A stretch of DNA of 64,000 bases from Bacteriovoracia bacterium. Lineage in GTDB: Bacteria; Bdellovibrionota; UBA1018; CAIPTA01. A program made the position numbers and the translations under genes. Below, piece by piece: positions 8,670-17,815 of the stretch; the stretch's first letter is position 1; each line of letters opens with the position of its first letter. The notes under the pieces are model-generated. The model had not been told where the DNA came from. It did not search any database and saw nothing but the letters and a program-made list of their open reading frames with translations. The stretch is taken from the NCBI GenBank assembly GCA_050246755.1, contig JBFWVL010000003.1:128001-192000 (forward strand), written 5' to 3'.

Positions 8670-10193
8670 CTAAGCGATTCTTTTTACTGCGCCGCTATTC
8701 GTTCTTGGCAAACGAATAACGAAGCGAGTATTAGGGCAAGTTGGATCCAAGCATAATTCGCCGCCGTGATTTTTTATGATTCCAGTGGAAATACTGAGGC
8801 CCAGACCGGTTCCTTGCCCAATTTCTTTGGTGGTAAAGAATGGCTGGAAAAGCTTCCGCTGAACTTCGGGAGAAATCCCATTCCCCGAATCCGTAACTTG
8901 AATTTCCAAAAAATCAGCCGAAGAAATCACGGATACTTTGATCCACTTCTCTCTTAACTTCGCCACGGCGTCATAGGAATTATTCAGCAAATTCAGGAGA
9001 GTTTGTGAGATTTCCACTGCCCTCCCAGAAAAAAATATACCTTCCGGAACGGGTTCGACATGCAGCGCAACCCCATGGGTAGCAAAGCGCTCTCCGCATA
9101 GGCTCACCGTATCGTCGATCAACTGGGCAACCTCCACATCCCTGGCTTCATCGTTACTTCCATCTCTCGAGAACGCTCTCAAGCCTTTTACAATCTTGCT
9201 AATTCTCTCCACCGTGCTTAGGAGCACCGAAAGGCTATTCCCCAAATCTCCTGAATTGATAGTGCCTTCAGCATTCATTTCGGAGAGTAACTCTATCTTC
9301 ATCTGGATCACGGCAAGAGGATTATTGATTTCATGCGCTACTCCGCCAGCCATCTCCCCAAGGGACGAAAGCTTTGCTGCCGCGACCATTTGCGCCCGTT
9401 GCTCTTGAATGATTTGATCACTCTGGGCCTGTTGAGTAATATCCAGAAGAATTCCGCTCAGGCCTACTGGCTTGCCGGCTTCGTCTCTTTGGACCTCCAC
9501 CACACTGCGAACGAAAATATAGCTCCCATCATTTTTTCGAACTCTGTACTGCATGGAATACGGAATTCCCTGCTCGCGCGACTGATCGATCAGCTTTCTT
9601 AGTTCTGCTTGATCGTCGGCATGAATTTTCTCAAAAACAACAGAGAGATCCGGTGGGGTTGCGGTGAGGGCTATTTCAAAAATCTCGTAGAGTTCATCCG
9701 ACCACCAAAGCGCGTCGTTGCCGAAATTCATTTCCCAGAAACCCAGTTTAGCTATCTTTTGGGCCTTCTTTAGCTGGCCTACGCTTTGGTTAAGGTTAAT
9801 TTGGGCCTGCTTCAACTCGGTTATATCGGTAAAAATCCCTAGGGTAAGCGCCATTTTTCCGGTTGCATCGAAGATAGGGCTCACCGTGGTTGCGGTATAA
9901 ACTTTTTTTCCGGTGATCCCGTGGATGAATACTATTTCGTATTGTTCACGCAATTGTCCCGCAATTCGCTTTTCTCGGCGCGAAAGAAAAGCATCGATGC
10001 TTTCGGGGGCAAAAAAGTTCGTGCACTCTTTTCCGATCGAATCTTCTCGGCTATACCCAATCAAGCGGCATTGGGCATCGTTCACAAATTCAATTCGGCC
10101 CTCTGGTGAGAGAAGGCAGAGCCCCTGCTCGCTCGTTTCCACGATTTTCTGATAGATTGTGGCGAGATCAATGCCCGCGATCTTGGAGTTCAT
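8670..10193 (-). CDS. Cytoplasmic PAS-PAS sensor histidine kinase
   Basis: Two PAS/PAC domains; GEMAGGVAHEINNPL; FQPFFTTK; GTGLGLSIS. Confidence 0.9.
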   Translation of the reverse strand: MNSKIAGIDLATIYQKIVETSEQGLCLLSPEGRIEFVNDAQCRLIGYSREDSIGKECTNFFAPESIDAFLSRREKRIAGQLREQYEIVFIHGITGKKVYTATTVSPIFDATGKMALTLGIFTDITELKQAQINLNQSVGQLKKAQKIAKLGFWEMNFGNDALWWSDELYEIFEIALTATPPDLSVVFEKIHADDQAELRKLIDQSREQGIPYSMQYRVRKNDGSYIFVRSVVEVQRDEAGKPVGLSGILLDITQQAQSDQIIQEQRAQMVAAAKLSSLGEMAGGVAHEINNPLAVIQMKIELLSEMNAEGTINSGDLGNSLSVLLSTVERISKIVKGLRAFSRDGSNDEARDVEVAQLIDDTVSLCGERFATHGVALHVEPVPEGIFFSGRAVEISQTLLNLLNNSYDAVAKLREKWIKVSVISSADFLEIQVTDSGNGISPEVQRKLFQPFFTTKEIGQGTGLGLSISTGIIKNHGGELCLDPTCPNTRFVIRLPRTNSGAVKRIA

Positions 10194-10199
10194 CTGTTC

Positions 10200-10226
10200 C
10201 TATCGGCAAAACAGCGCCAAAAATAG
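10200..10226 (-). promoter_or_regulatory. Sigma28 (FliA)-type promoter
   Basis: -10 GCCGATAG 6 nt before ATG 10193; weak -35 CTAT at N15. Confidence 0.5.
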
Positions 10227-10292
10227 AGCCTCCACCTCCTAGCGGATAATCTGAAAAATTTTAAGAAAACAACCGCTTCGCTTTAGGGCACG

Positions 10293-11732
10293 CTAGGTGC
10301 CACAAAAAGTTTTATATTCTTCGCCAGTAACGATGGGCGTGGCTCGATAATCCATATTTTGATCGGCCTCCTCGTAGGGAGCCCTAAGCGCCGCCAATAG
10401 CCGCCCCATCACCGCGTAGTCTTCCCGCTCCACCGCGGCAGCAAGCGCCTCCTCCACCCGATGATTGCGCGGAATCACTACGGGGTTACTAGATCGCATC
10501 AAGCTGGATGATGGCTGACGTAATTTCCACCGCGCATACCATTCCCTAAATGCAGCTTCTGCGAATAAACCATCACTCGGCAATGTCTCCGCAGAAAGCG
10601 CCCGAAACGTATTCGTATAATCCGATTTATGCAGCTCCATCAGCGCAAGCAAATCATTGATCAGCGTAATATCTCCTGCATCGTCCGATACCAGCCCCAA
10701 CTTCGCTCGCATCCCGCGTAAATATTGCGTCTCGAACATTCCCGGAAACCTAGCCAATACCTCTTGCGCCTTAGCCACCGCTAGCTCTTGATTCTCGTGC
10801 AACAGAGGCAATAGCGCCTCTCCTAGCCGCGCGAGATTCCAGCCCGCCAACTTGGGCTGATTCCCATAGGCATAGCGACCATTGCGATCGATCGAGCTGA
10901 AGAGCGTGGAGTGAGAGTAGTGGTCCATGAACGCGCAGGGGCCGTAGTCGATCGTTTCGCCGGAGAGTGCCATATTATCGGTATTCATCACGCCATGAAT
11001 GAACCCTACGCACATCCAGTTCGCGATGAGAGAAGCTTGGCGCTCCATCACGGCGAGGAGCAGCGCAAGATATGGTTCAGCCTGCGAAGCAAGCTCGGGA
11101 TAGTGGCGCTGGAGAGTATAGTCGGCGAGAATTTTTAGGCTGCCGGGCTTCTCTTTTTCCAGAGCGGCCGCGTACTCGAAAGTGCCCACACGAATATGGC
11201 TCGAAGCCACGCGGGTTAGAACTGCTCCCGGCAATGGCTGCTCGCGGAACACGGGTTCGCCGGTGGTAACCACGGCGAGGCTGCGCGTAGTGGGAATTCT
11301 TAAAGCGTGCATCGCCTCGCTGATAATATATTCGCGTAGCATAGGACCAAGCGCGGCGCGACCGTCGCCACGGCGTGAAAAGGGCGTTGGGCCCGACCCC
11401 TTGAGCTGAATATCGAAGCGCTCTTTGCTTGGAGTGACATGCTCCCCTAGCAAGTTTGCGCGGCCGTCGCCCAGCATATTGAAATGGCCGAACTGGTGGC
11501 CGGCATAGGCTTGGGCAATGGGTTCGGCGCCTTCGAGAATTTTATTGCCGGCGAAGATTTCGGGCTGTTGGCTTAGGGCTTCGGCATCTAGGCCAAGAGT
11601 TTTAGCGAAATCATGATTGAAGATCGCCATCTTGGGCGCTTTAACCGGCGTGGGATTGATGTGAGCGAAGAACTGCTCGGGGAGGGCCGAGTAGGTATTG
11701 TCGAAAGAGAAGCCAAACATAGATTTTGACAT
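10293..11732 (-). CDS. selO: Protein adenylyltransferase SelO (YdiU)
   Basis: [32 protein letters not shown]; C-terminus FCGT. Confidence 0.95.
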   Translation of the reverse strand: MSKSMFGFSFDNTYSALPEQFFAHINPTPVKAPKMAIFNHDFAKTLGLDAEALSQQPEIFAGNKILEGAEPIAQAYAGHQFGHFNMLGDGRANLLGEHVTPSKERFDIQLKGSGPTPFSRRGDGRAALGPMLREYIISEAMHALRIPTTRSLAVVTTGEPVFREQPLPGAVLTRVASSHIRVGTFEYAAALEKEKPGSLKILADYTLQRHYPELASQAEPYLALLLAVMERQASLIANWMCVGFIHGVMNTDNMALSGETIDYGPCAFMDHYSHSTLFSSIDRNGRYAYGNQPKLAGWNLARLGEALLPLLHENQELAVAKAQEVLARFPGMFETQYLRGMRAKLGLVSDDAGDITLINDLLALMELHKSDYTNTFRALSAETLPSDGLFAEAAFREWYARWKLRQPSSSLMRSSNPVVIPRNHRVEEALAAAVEREDYAVMGRLLAALRAPYEEADQNMDYRATPIVTGEEYKTFCGT

Positions 11733-11778
11733 TTAAGCTCTCCTAAATTTTTAACTCACTAAAATAATTATGAAAAAC

Positions 11779-12621
11779 CTAATCGATCTTTGCCGTTTTA
11801 GCTTTTTCTATTAAATACGAGCAAAAAGATGCACATGCGCCGAACATAAATAGCGCATCTGCTTCATCGACGCCGGAAACTTCATTCAGAGATGAATGTC
11901 TTACGCCTCGCTCATCACTACTGTATCCGTACAGTTTCTCTAATCCGCCCTTAAATGCCGTATGAATTTCAATTCCATGATCAGAAAGTCGCTTTAACGC
12001 CTCTCCCAAAGTTGCCTTAGGCGATTTAGTGATAATGCAAGCAACCGACTCTACGGAATGAATACTCTCACGAACAGACGATTCAAATTTACCTGCCATC
12101 AGCTCTGAGGAAGCCTTCGCTAGATGTTCACTCGCACCTGAATATTTTTCTTTCGAAATAACCGCTAGAGATTCTTCTATAGCTTGGGCTTGCTCTTGAC
12201 TCGTAATCGGATAAAAAAACATCTCATCAAAATTAAATCTGTAAGCCGCTCTGCAATTTTCAAAATCAAATCCTATTTTATAAGCTAACCGCTTCGGGCA
12301 CTTAGGATGCCTCAGGTAATACTCCAAAAAATCCATTACGATAGGAAATGGCCCCTCCAGAAGAATTGGTTTAACTATTCTTTTTAGCGAGTCCAGATGG
12401 ACATGGACTTCATCTGCAGGAATATCTAGCAGATTAATACATAGGTCTTTGACTAGAGTTTCATTTTCCCCCAATAACCAACCACCACTCGTCTTCTGTT
12501 GCCAATCTTCAAAAATTGCCGACCAAGCCCGGTTTCGCAAAGAACCGCTTAACTCGTCAGACCTGAGCTGTTCCGGTAAAGAAGCTAATCCCATTCTTTG
12601 AGAAAACGTGAGCTCACTCAT
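11779..12621 (-). CDS. AbiJ-NTD4 / HEPN-like abortive-infection-family protein
   Basis: Start moved to MSELTFSQRMG; LRNRAWS N-terminal pattern; C-terminal ESIHSVES..ATLGEAL..KLYGYSSD..GVRHS..DALFM; visibly AT-richer than flanks. Confidence 0.7.
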   Translation of the reverse strand: MSELTFSQRMGLASLPEQLRSDELSGSLRNRAWSAIFEDWQQKTSGGWLLGENETLVKDLCINLLDIPADEVHVHLDSLKRIVKPILLEGPFPIVMDFLEYYLRHPKCPKRLAYKIGFDFENCRAAYRFNFDEMFFYPITSQEQAQAIEESLAVISKEKYSGASEHLAKASSELMAGKFESSVRESIHSVESVACIITKSPKATLGEALKRLSDHGIEIHTAFKGGLEKLYGYSSDERGVRHSSLNEVSGVDEADALFMFGACASFCSYLIEKAKTAKID

Positions 12622-12679
12622 TTTTATCCCTCGAACTAGTAATGCTGAAAATTCTCTTTCAAAAGAACCTTCTAAAATA

Positions 12680-12712
12680 AAAAAAAGCCGCCCCTTGCGG
12701 GACAGCTTCTTC
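12680..12712 (-). terminator. Rho-independent terminator of tRNA-Asp
   Basis: Hairpin AAGCTGTCCC-GCAA-GGGGCGGCTT followed by a U-run on the minus strand. Confidence 0.65.
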
Positions 12713-12718
12713 AAAAGT

Positions 12719-12795
12719 TGGCGGAGCGTGCGGGACTCGAACCCGCGGCCTTCCGCGTGACAGGCGGACGTTATAACCAACTTAACTAACGCTCC
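12719..12795 (-). tRNA. tRNA-Asp(GTC)
   Basis: GGAGCGTTAGTTAAGTTGGTTATAACGTCCGCCTGTCACGCGGAAGGCCGCGGGTTCGAGTCCCGCACGCTCCGCCA: cloverleaf, GTC anticodon, TTCGA T-loop, encoded CCA. Confidence 0.97.
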
Positions 12796-12833
12796 GAATA
12801 CTTAAAAATCTTCGGCTCTGAGATCAATAAAAG

Positions 12834-12950
12834 CTATTTAGCTTTCTTGGCCTTGCCACCGGCTTTAGCGGCGCGAATTTTCGCCTTCTTCTTGGCCTGG
12901 TTACGGCGCAATTTCATCTTAATCGTAAGTCTTTTTCTGCCTCTGCCCAT
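12834..12950 (-). CDS. 38-aa extremely basic small protein
   Basis: MGRGRKRLTIKMKLRRNQAKKKAKIRAAKAGGKAKKAK*; GAAAGG RBS; below the ORF-track size cutoff. Confidence 0.75.
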   Translation of the reverse strand: MGRGRKRLTIKMKLRRNQAKKKAKIRAAKAGGKAKKAK

Positions 12951-13023
12951 TGATCTGCCTTTCGTGAACCTTTGAGAACTATAGGGATTACAAAACTTTT
13001 CTGTTTCGATCAACTGTAAAAGG

Positions 13024-13051
13024 GAAAAGCGCCTGATTTAAGGCGCTTTTC
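13024..13051 (-). terminator. Rho-independent terminator
   Basis: GAAAAGCGCCT-N6-AGGCGCTTTTC right after the stop at 13053. Confidence 0.75.
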
Positions 13052-13052
13052 G

Positions 13053-13574
13053 CTATTCAGTCTTGCGTCGAAGCTGTTGCTGCCTCACGTCACGCCGCGG
13101 TTTGCCGTCGCCGTAGTTCGAAGAGGTGGAACGATACGTCGTCTCCAGGAGGAGGTTATCGTTTACCCATTCGAGGGTTACGTACTCGTTCACGGTGCGA
13201 TTCGCGTAGCAAATCACCCGGGAAGTCTCGAGCACGGAACCATATTCGGTGGAATTCCAGCGGTAGCGAACGGCCCCGCGGAAATCGTCTTCGGCAATGG
13301 TGCGGATCTTATCGTCGGGAACGATCACGGTACCGCTGTCCTGGAGGTTAGAAGCTCCACGAACTTTGAGCCACGAGCACTTATGCTGCTCGATCTGAAC
13401 TTGCTTGCCCGTTTCGGATTTCCAGGCACCGCTGAAGTCCACGCAAGCCCACGGAATAGGATCCTCGTCACCACGGCGGTACGTGCCATTGTCTCGGCTC
13501 GCCGCCTGGGCCGTTAAATTAGCCAGCAGTAATGCTAGCGTAAGAAAAATTCCCCACCCGGAAATTTTCTTCAT
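13053..13574 (-). CDS. Secreted beta-rich hypothetical protein
   Basis: Signal peptide ending AQA; CVDFSGAW; 4-bp overlap with the upstream gene. Confidence 0.75.
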   Translation of the reverse strand: MKKISGWGIFLTLALLLANLTAQAASRDNGTYRRGDEDPIPWACVDFSGAWKSETGKQVQIEQHKCSWLKVRGASNLQDSGTVIVPDDKIRTIAEDDFRGAVRYRWNSTEYGSVLETSRVICYANRTVNEYVTLEWVNDNLLLETTYRSTSSNYGDGKPRRDVRQQQLRRKTE

Positions 13575-14899
13575 AGTCCCACCTCTCCACGATTAGGACG
13601 AATACCGATATCCGGCTTCGCCGGCCCCTCTACGGAACCACCCGGGCTTGCTTTACGCACGCGCGAGCTCACTTCTTCTAAAACTACGGTGGCGCTGAAG
13701 GCATAGCCGTCGCGCTCGTTTAAAATATAGATAGGACGCTTGAAATCGGGCTCGATGAGCTTTCTCAGGCGGCTGATCGAAGTATAGACCTTCGAATCGT
13801 GAATCATGGGGTTATAGGACTCACGCCAGATCTTATCCACGAGGTCTTCCTTGGAGTAGATCTTCCCGGGCTGCGAAGCCAGGAGGTAGAAAATCTCGAG
13901 GAGCACGAAACGGCGCTCGAAGTGCACTTCGCCGATTTTTGGCTCGATAATCACTTTGCGTTCACGGTCGATCAGGAGGCGGTTGCCGTGATCTACGGTA
14001 ACTTTAGAAACTTTATCAAGCACTCGCTTGAGGCGGTTGAGCTCGAGGTCGCTCACGGCGTCGGCGATGAGATCGAAGAAAATTTGCGCGCGTTCGGCGT
14101 TACCGAGGGCCACATAGGCTTGGCCGAGGCCGAGGAGCACGTAGTAGTAGTTACCCCAGTTGCGGTGGCTCTTGAGGATGCTGTGGGCGGCCCAGTAGCG
14201 ATCGAGAGCCTTCTGGGGCTCGCCTAGATCACGCAGACAGTGGCCCTGCAGGATCGTGATGGTGGCTTCGAGATCGTGGAGCTGCTGAAATTCGAAGGCC
14301 CTCTCTCCGTGAGTGAGGTCATAGATCTCCTGTATGAGATCTTCAGTATGCTTTAACGCCACCGCAGGATTTTTACTGTCTTTGTCCAGAGTGGCGATGC
14401 AGTAGCGGTTGACCAAAGAATCGCGGATCAGCTCTTCGCGATCACGCTTGGAGATGGACTCGTCTTTGAGTAATTCAGCGATACTGGCGCTGGACTGTTC
14501 GAAGTGCACACGGGCCAGCACGGGCTCATTGCGATGCATGGCCGCTACGCCCTGGTTGAAATCGATCTTGGGCTGGTAGCGCTTAAAAGATTTCAGGCTC
14601 GAGCCCACTTGCGCGATCTCGCGCATCAGGGATTCACATTTATCAAAGTCTAGGCGTTCAGCATGGATACGCAGGAGCGAGTTGATGGAGCGGAAGTAAT
14701 TATCGTAAAGATGGAACTGGAGGGCTTCGGTTTTTACTTTTTCGAAGCAGTCCACGGCGTTCGGGAAATCGCATTTTTCCACGTAGAGCTGGCCGAGCTC
14801 AAAAAGAGCGTGATTGCGAAAAATAAGGTCTTCCGCGTTCTCCGCGCTTACCTTCGAGTAGATTTTTTTGAGGCCGGAGCCTTCCATCGGTCTTTCCAA
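13571..14899 (-). CDS. TPR-repeat protein with C-terminal OmpR/PhoB-type winged-helix DNA-binding domain
   Basis: TPR-like helices; YSKEDLVDKIW..VYTSISRLRKLIE..YILNERDGY; GGAGG RBS before TTG. Confidence 0.85.
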   Translation of the reverse strand: MERPMEGSGLKKIYSKVSAENAEDLIFRNHALFELGQLYVEKCDFPNAVDCFEKVKTEALQFHLYDNYFRSINSLLRIHAERLDFDKCESLMREIAQVGSSLKSFKRYQPKIDFNQGVAAMHRNEPVLARVHFEQSSASIAELLKDESISKRDREELIRDSLVNRYCIATLDKDSKNPAVALKHTEDLIQEIYDLTHGERAFEFQQLHDLEATITILQGHCLRDLGEPQKALDRYWAAHSILKSHRNWGNYYYVLLGLGQAYVALGNAERAQIFFDLIADAVSDLELNRLKRVLDKVSKVTVDHGNRLLIDRERKVIIEPKIGEVHFERRFVLLEIFYLLASQPGKIYSKEDLVDKIWRESYNPMIHDSKVYTSISRLRKLIEPDFKRPIYILNERDGYAFSATVVLEEVSSRVRKASPGGSVEGPAKPDIGIRPNRGEVGL

Positions 14900-14937
14900 C
14901 GTGCCCCCCTCCGGTGCGCGTGAAGTTCAAATTCAGT

Positions 14938-15111
14938 GTTCCCGGGAAAGACCGTTGGGTAGCGGCTTTCCAACCCCGAGTATAAAGTGGGCACCGTATC
15001 GTGACTTCAGGCTTCCGAGACAAGCACGGCATGCTCACCGCCACGAGGAACAGCTCCCGGGATTGTATATGTAGGGTGGAAAACACATGACCCGAATTCC
15101 CCCCCAGGAAC
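14938..15111 (-). ncRNA. ssrS: 6S RNA (SsrS)
   Basis: Closing stem GTTCCTGGGGGGA / TCTTTCCCGGGAAC; internal GGTGAGCATGC, GAAGCCTGAA and CCCACTTTATAC..GGGTT resemble proteobacterial 6S conserved elements; about 175 nt; own promoter. Confidence 0.85.
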
Positions 15112-15118
15112 GCATGCG

Positions 15119-15146
15119 AATATAGCAGCCTTTAAAAACCTGACAA
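15119..15146 (-). promoter_or_regulatory. Sigma70 promoter of 6S RNA
   Basis: TTGTCA-N16-TATATT with extended TG, 7 nt before the 5' stem. Confidence 0.65.
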
Positions 15147-15450
15147 AGTGTAAAATTCGAGAACAAAAGAAAGATTTTCCAGTGAAATTCGCACGTAGAA
15201 GTAGCTGGAAGCACGCCGCTTTTTTAATCAGCCGTTTAACTTTCCCACAATGACGCAGCCCAAATAAACCCGAGTCATTTACTTTGAAGCATTGAGTCAA
15301 GACATGTTTTCGCCCTTTATCGCCGCCTGCATCGTCGTGGGTAGAAATAAATTTTATTTATGCGAGCGCCGGTGAAGACTTTTCTCCGGAGCGATTCTCG
15401 TTTTCTGTTGGCGGTTGATTAGTGAAACCCCTGTTGCTAAGCTCGTTTAC

Positions 15451-17025
15451 ATGGCCACTTCGCTCCTTCTCGCCGACGACAGCCCCACGATCGCCAAGAT
15501 TCTGGGCATGGCTTTGCAGTCGGAAGACTACGAAATCCGCTCGGTGCTTAATGCCGACGATGCGGTACGCGAGCTGAAGGCCAATCCTCCCTTCTTCTTT
15601 CTCGTGGACCTTACCCTGCCCGGCAAAGACGGCTTTGCATTCGCCGAGATGATCCGCAACGACTCCAAGCTAGCAAAAATTAAAGTGGTACTGCTCTCGA
15701 GCGCTTTTGAGCCCGTGGACGAAGAAGCCGTGAAGGCCTGCGGCGCCGATCTCGTGATCGCCAAACCCTTCGATCCTTCCGAGCTGCGTGCAAGCCTTCG
15801 GCAGATTAAAGACGCCCCCCCTAAGTTTCCTTCGGGCAGTAAAGTGCAGGGGTCCCTTTCTGGACAAGCTATAAAAGCCCCGGAACGCACCTCGCTCACC
15901 GATACTTCGCTTAGCCAAGCCCGCGACGTAATTTCCGGCCCGGCCCCCGAAGAGCTTCTGCTGGGCATGCAAAACGACGGCGACGCGAATTCTATTTTAG
16001 CTAGTCTCGCCGAAAATGCTCCACCTCCCGCGGAGTTCGGAATAGCGGAAGGCCCGGCAATCAGCCTTGAGGCCCCTAGCGGTGAGCCGGAAAGCGCCGT
16101 CGAGCTTGGCAATGCGGACGGTAACGCCACGGCGATGCTCGACCTCTCGGGTGGGATGCCGGCCTCGCCTATTCCCGAAACGGTGCTCGATCTCTCGGGC
16201 TCCTTTGGAACCCCTAGTGCGGGCACCAATGGGCCGGGGCTTTCGGCGAACGCGAATCCCGGCGAACTTGTGCTAGGCGATGAGCCGCCGGCCTTTAAAC
16301 CCTCCACGAGCGAAGCGCCTCCGTCCTTCAAGAAGCCCTCGCCCCCTCCTGACTTTAAAACTCCCGCTGCGCCGTCGGCGCCCGAGGCAGACTTAAGCCC
16401 GAATGCCGCTGCCCTCGCCGCTTTTTTCTCAGCCGAGATCGATGCCAAGCAGTCTAGCGATACGCCCCCTTCGCCTCCGCCGGCCAACGAGCCCGAGGAA
16501 TTCGATGCCAGCCTCGCAAGCATCGAATGGGAAAATAGTTCTCCCGCCGACCTCGATGCCTGGAGCGCCAGCTCGCAACCCGCCGCTCCTTCCGTGCCAC
16601 CGCGGTCGGCCCCGCCCACCGCGCCGCCCCGTTCTGCTCCGGTGCGTTCGGGCGCCAGCAACGCGCAGAATTCTCCGGGCTCGTTTCTCTTTGATACCGG
16701 GGGCTCGAATTTCCGTTTCGCCGAAGACTATATCAACCGGATCACGAAGGCTTTCGTAGGCCATCCCGCCGAAGAATTGCCCAAAGAGCATACCGAGGCG
16801 CTGTTTCCTCAGGCGAGCAGCGATGCTCCCCGCGCCTCGGCCGGCACCGGGGCCGCAAACTGGAATCCGGTGGACGCGCAGAAGATGGAACAGATCGTGC
16901 GCGAAGAAGTGCAGATGGCCGTGCGCGAAGTGGTGGAAAAAATCGCCTGGGAAATCATCCCGGAGCTCGCCGAGAATCTGATCAAAAAAGAGCTCGAAAA
17001 GGTGATGAAGCAGATGGAGAGCTAA
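15451..17025 (+). CDS. romR: RomR-like polarity response regulator
   Basis: N-terminal receiver (LLLADDS..LVDLTLPGKDG..KPF), long Pro/Ala/Ser linker, C-terminal VREVVEKIAWEIIPELAENLIKKELEK. Confidence 0.8.
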   Translation: MATSLLLADDSPTIAKILGMALQSEDYEIRSVLNADDAVRELKANPPFFFLVDLTLPGKDGFAFAEMIRNDSKLAKIKVVLLSSAFEPVDEEAVKACGADLVIAKPFDPSELRASLRQIKDAPPKFPSGSKVQGSLSGQAIKAPERTSLTDTSLSQARDVISGPAPEELLLGMQNDGDANSILASLAENAPPPAEFGIAEGPAISLEAPSGEPESAVELGNADGNATAMLDLSGGMPASPIPETVLDLSGSFGTPSAGTNGPGLSANANPGELVLGDEPPAFKPSTSEAPPSFKKPSPPPDFKTPAAPSAPEADLSPNAAALAAFFSAEIDAKQSSDTPPSPPPANEPEEFDASLASIEWENSSPADLDAWSASSQPAAPSVPPRSAPPTAPPRSAPVRSGASNAQNSPGSFLFDTGGSNFRFAEDYINRITKAFVGHPAEELPKEHTEALFPQASSDAPRASAGTGAANWNPVDAQKMEQIVREEVQMAVREVVEKIAWEIIPELAENLIKKELEKVMKQMES

Positions 17026-17077
17026 TTTGCGGCGCCGCAAATTTTGTTCGATTTTCGAACTAACGCATACAGGTTTC

Positions 17078-17815
17078 TTAAAATTTTTTAACGAATCGCA
17101 CGCTTACGGCTTCGCTGGAAAGCTTACGCCGGGCTCCGTTCTCATCGGCTACTTCTAGCTCTCCCGAAGGCAGCAAAACGATTGCCTTCCAGCCACCCTC
17201 CTCGCCCTGAATCGTAAGCTCGGTGCCGGAAAGATGGGCCGCGCGCTCCCAAAGTCTTCGCAGGTCTTCGAAATTTTGAATTTCGCGGGTTAGGTGCACG
17301 AGCTCGCCCAAAAATGATTTCGCGAAGATCTCGGGGCCGGGAGGAGAAACAAATTCCGACACGGCAACCGCTTCGGGCTCCATGCCCTGCGGGGCCCGTG
17401 CGAGGTTGAGCCCGATGCCCACCACCAGATCCGTGGCTAAACCCTGCTGGCGGGCCTGTGCGAGGATGCCGGCGAGCTTTCGGCCGTCCAAATAAATATC
17501 ATTTGGCCATTTGAGGCGGAGGTCCAGGCCGCGGGGCAATAGATCCACCAGCACCCGGTAAGCGGCTAGGCCGATGAGAAAAGAATAGAGGGGGGCCCGG
17601 GAAGATTCGCTCTCACGGAACGCCACGCTAAGGGCGAGGTTTCCTTCGGGGGAGTTCCACTCGCGGCCACGGCGCCCCTGCCCCGCGGTCTGGCTGAGGG
17701 CCAGCAGCGCGGTGCCAGCGAATCCGTCGTGGTCTCGCCGGGAAAGCAATAGTTCGTTGGTGGATCCGCACTCCGCGATCACGTCGAGGGTGAATTCCTG
17801 CGCCGGAAACATCAT
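17078..17815 (-). CDS. birA: Biotin--[acetyl-CoA carboxylase] ligase (no HTH)
   Basis: GSTN, QTAGQGRRGREW, LKWPNDI, KLAGIL, GIGLN. Confidence 0.92.
   Translation of the reverse strand: MMFPAQEFTLDVIAECGSTNELLLSRRDHDGFAGTALLALSQTAGQGRRGREWNSPEGNLALSVAFRESESSRAPLYSFLIGLAAYRVLVDLLPRGLDLRLKWPNDIYLDGRKLAGILAQARQQGLATDLVVGIGLNLARAPQGMEPEAVAVSEFVSPPGPEIFAKSFLGELVHLTREIQNFEDLRRLWERAAHLSGTELTIQGEEGGWKAIVLLPSGELEVADENGARRKLSSEAVSVRFVKKF

Noticed and set aside
10293-10310. Selenocysteine recoding in selO
   Set aside because: The gene ends FCGT with TAG; no in-frame TGA
12622-12780. N-terminal extension of the 333-aa ORF
   Set aside because: It runs through tRNA-Asp and its terminator; the real start is 12621
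14799-15300. Short ORFs 14799-15086, 14868-15074 and 15007-15300
   Set aside because: They overlap the 6S RNA and its promoter and show no protein features
15528-16661. 377-aa antisense ORF over romR (likewise 24265-25443, 31942-32787, 47660-48574, 52350-53255, 53493-54497, 60688-61815)
   Set aside because: Shadow ORFs opposite well-supported genes, expected from GC-rich codon bias; no motifs
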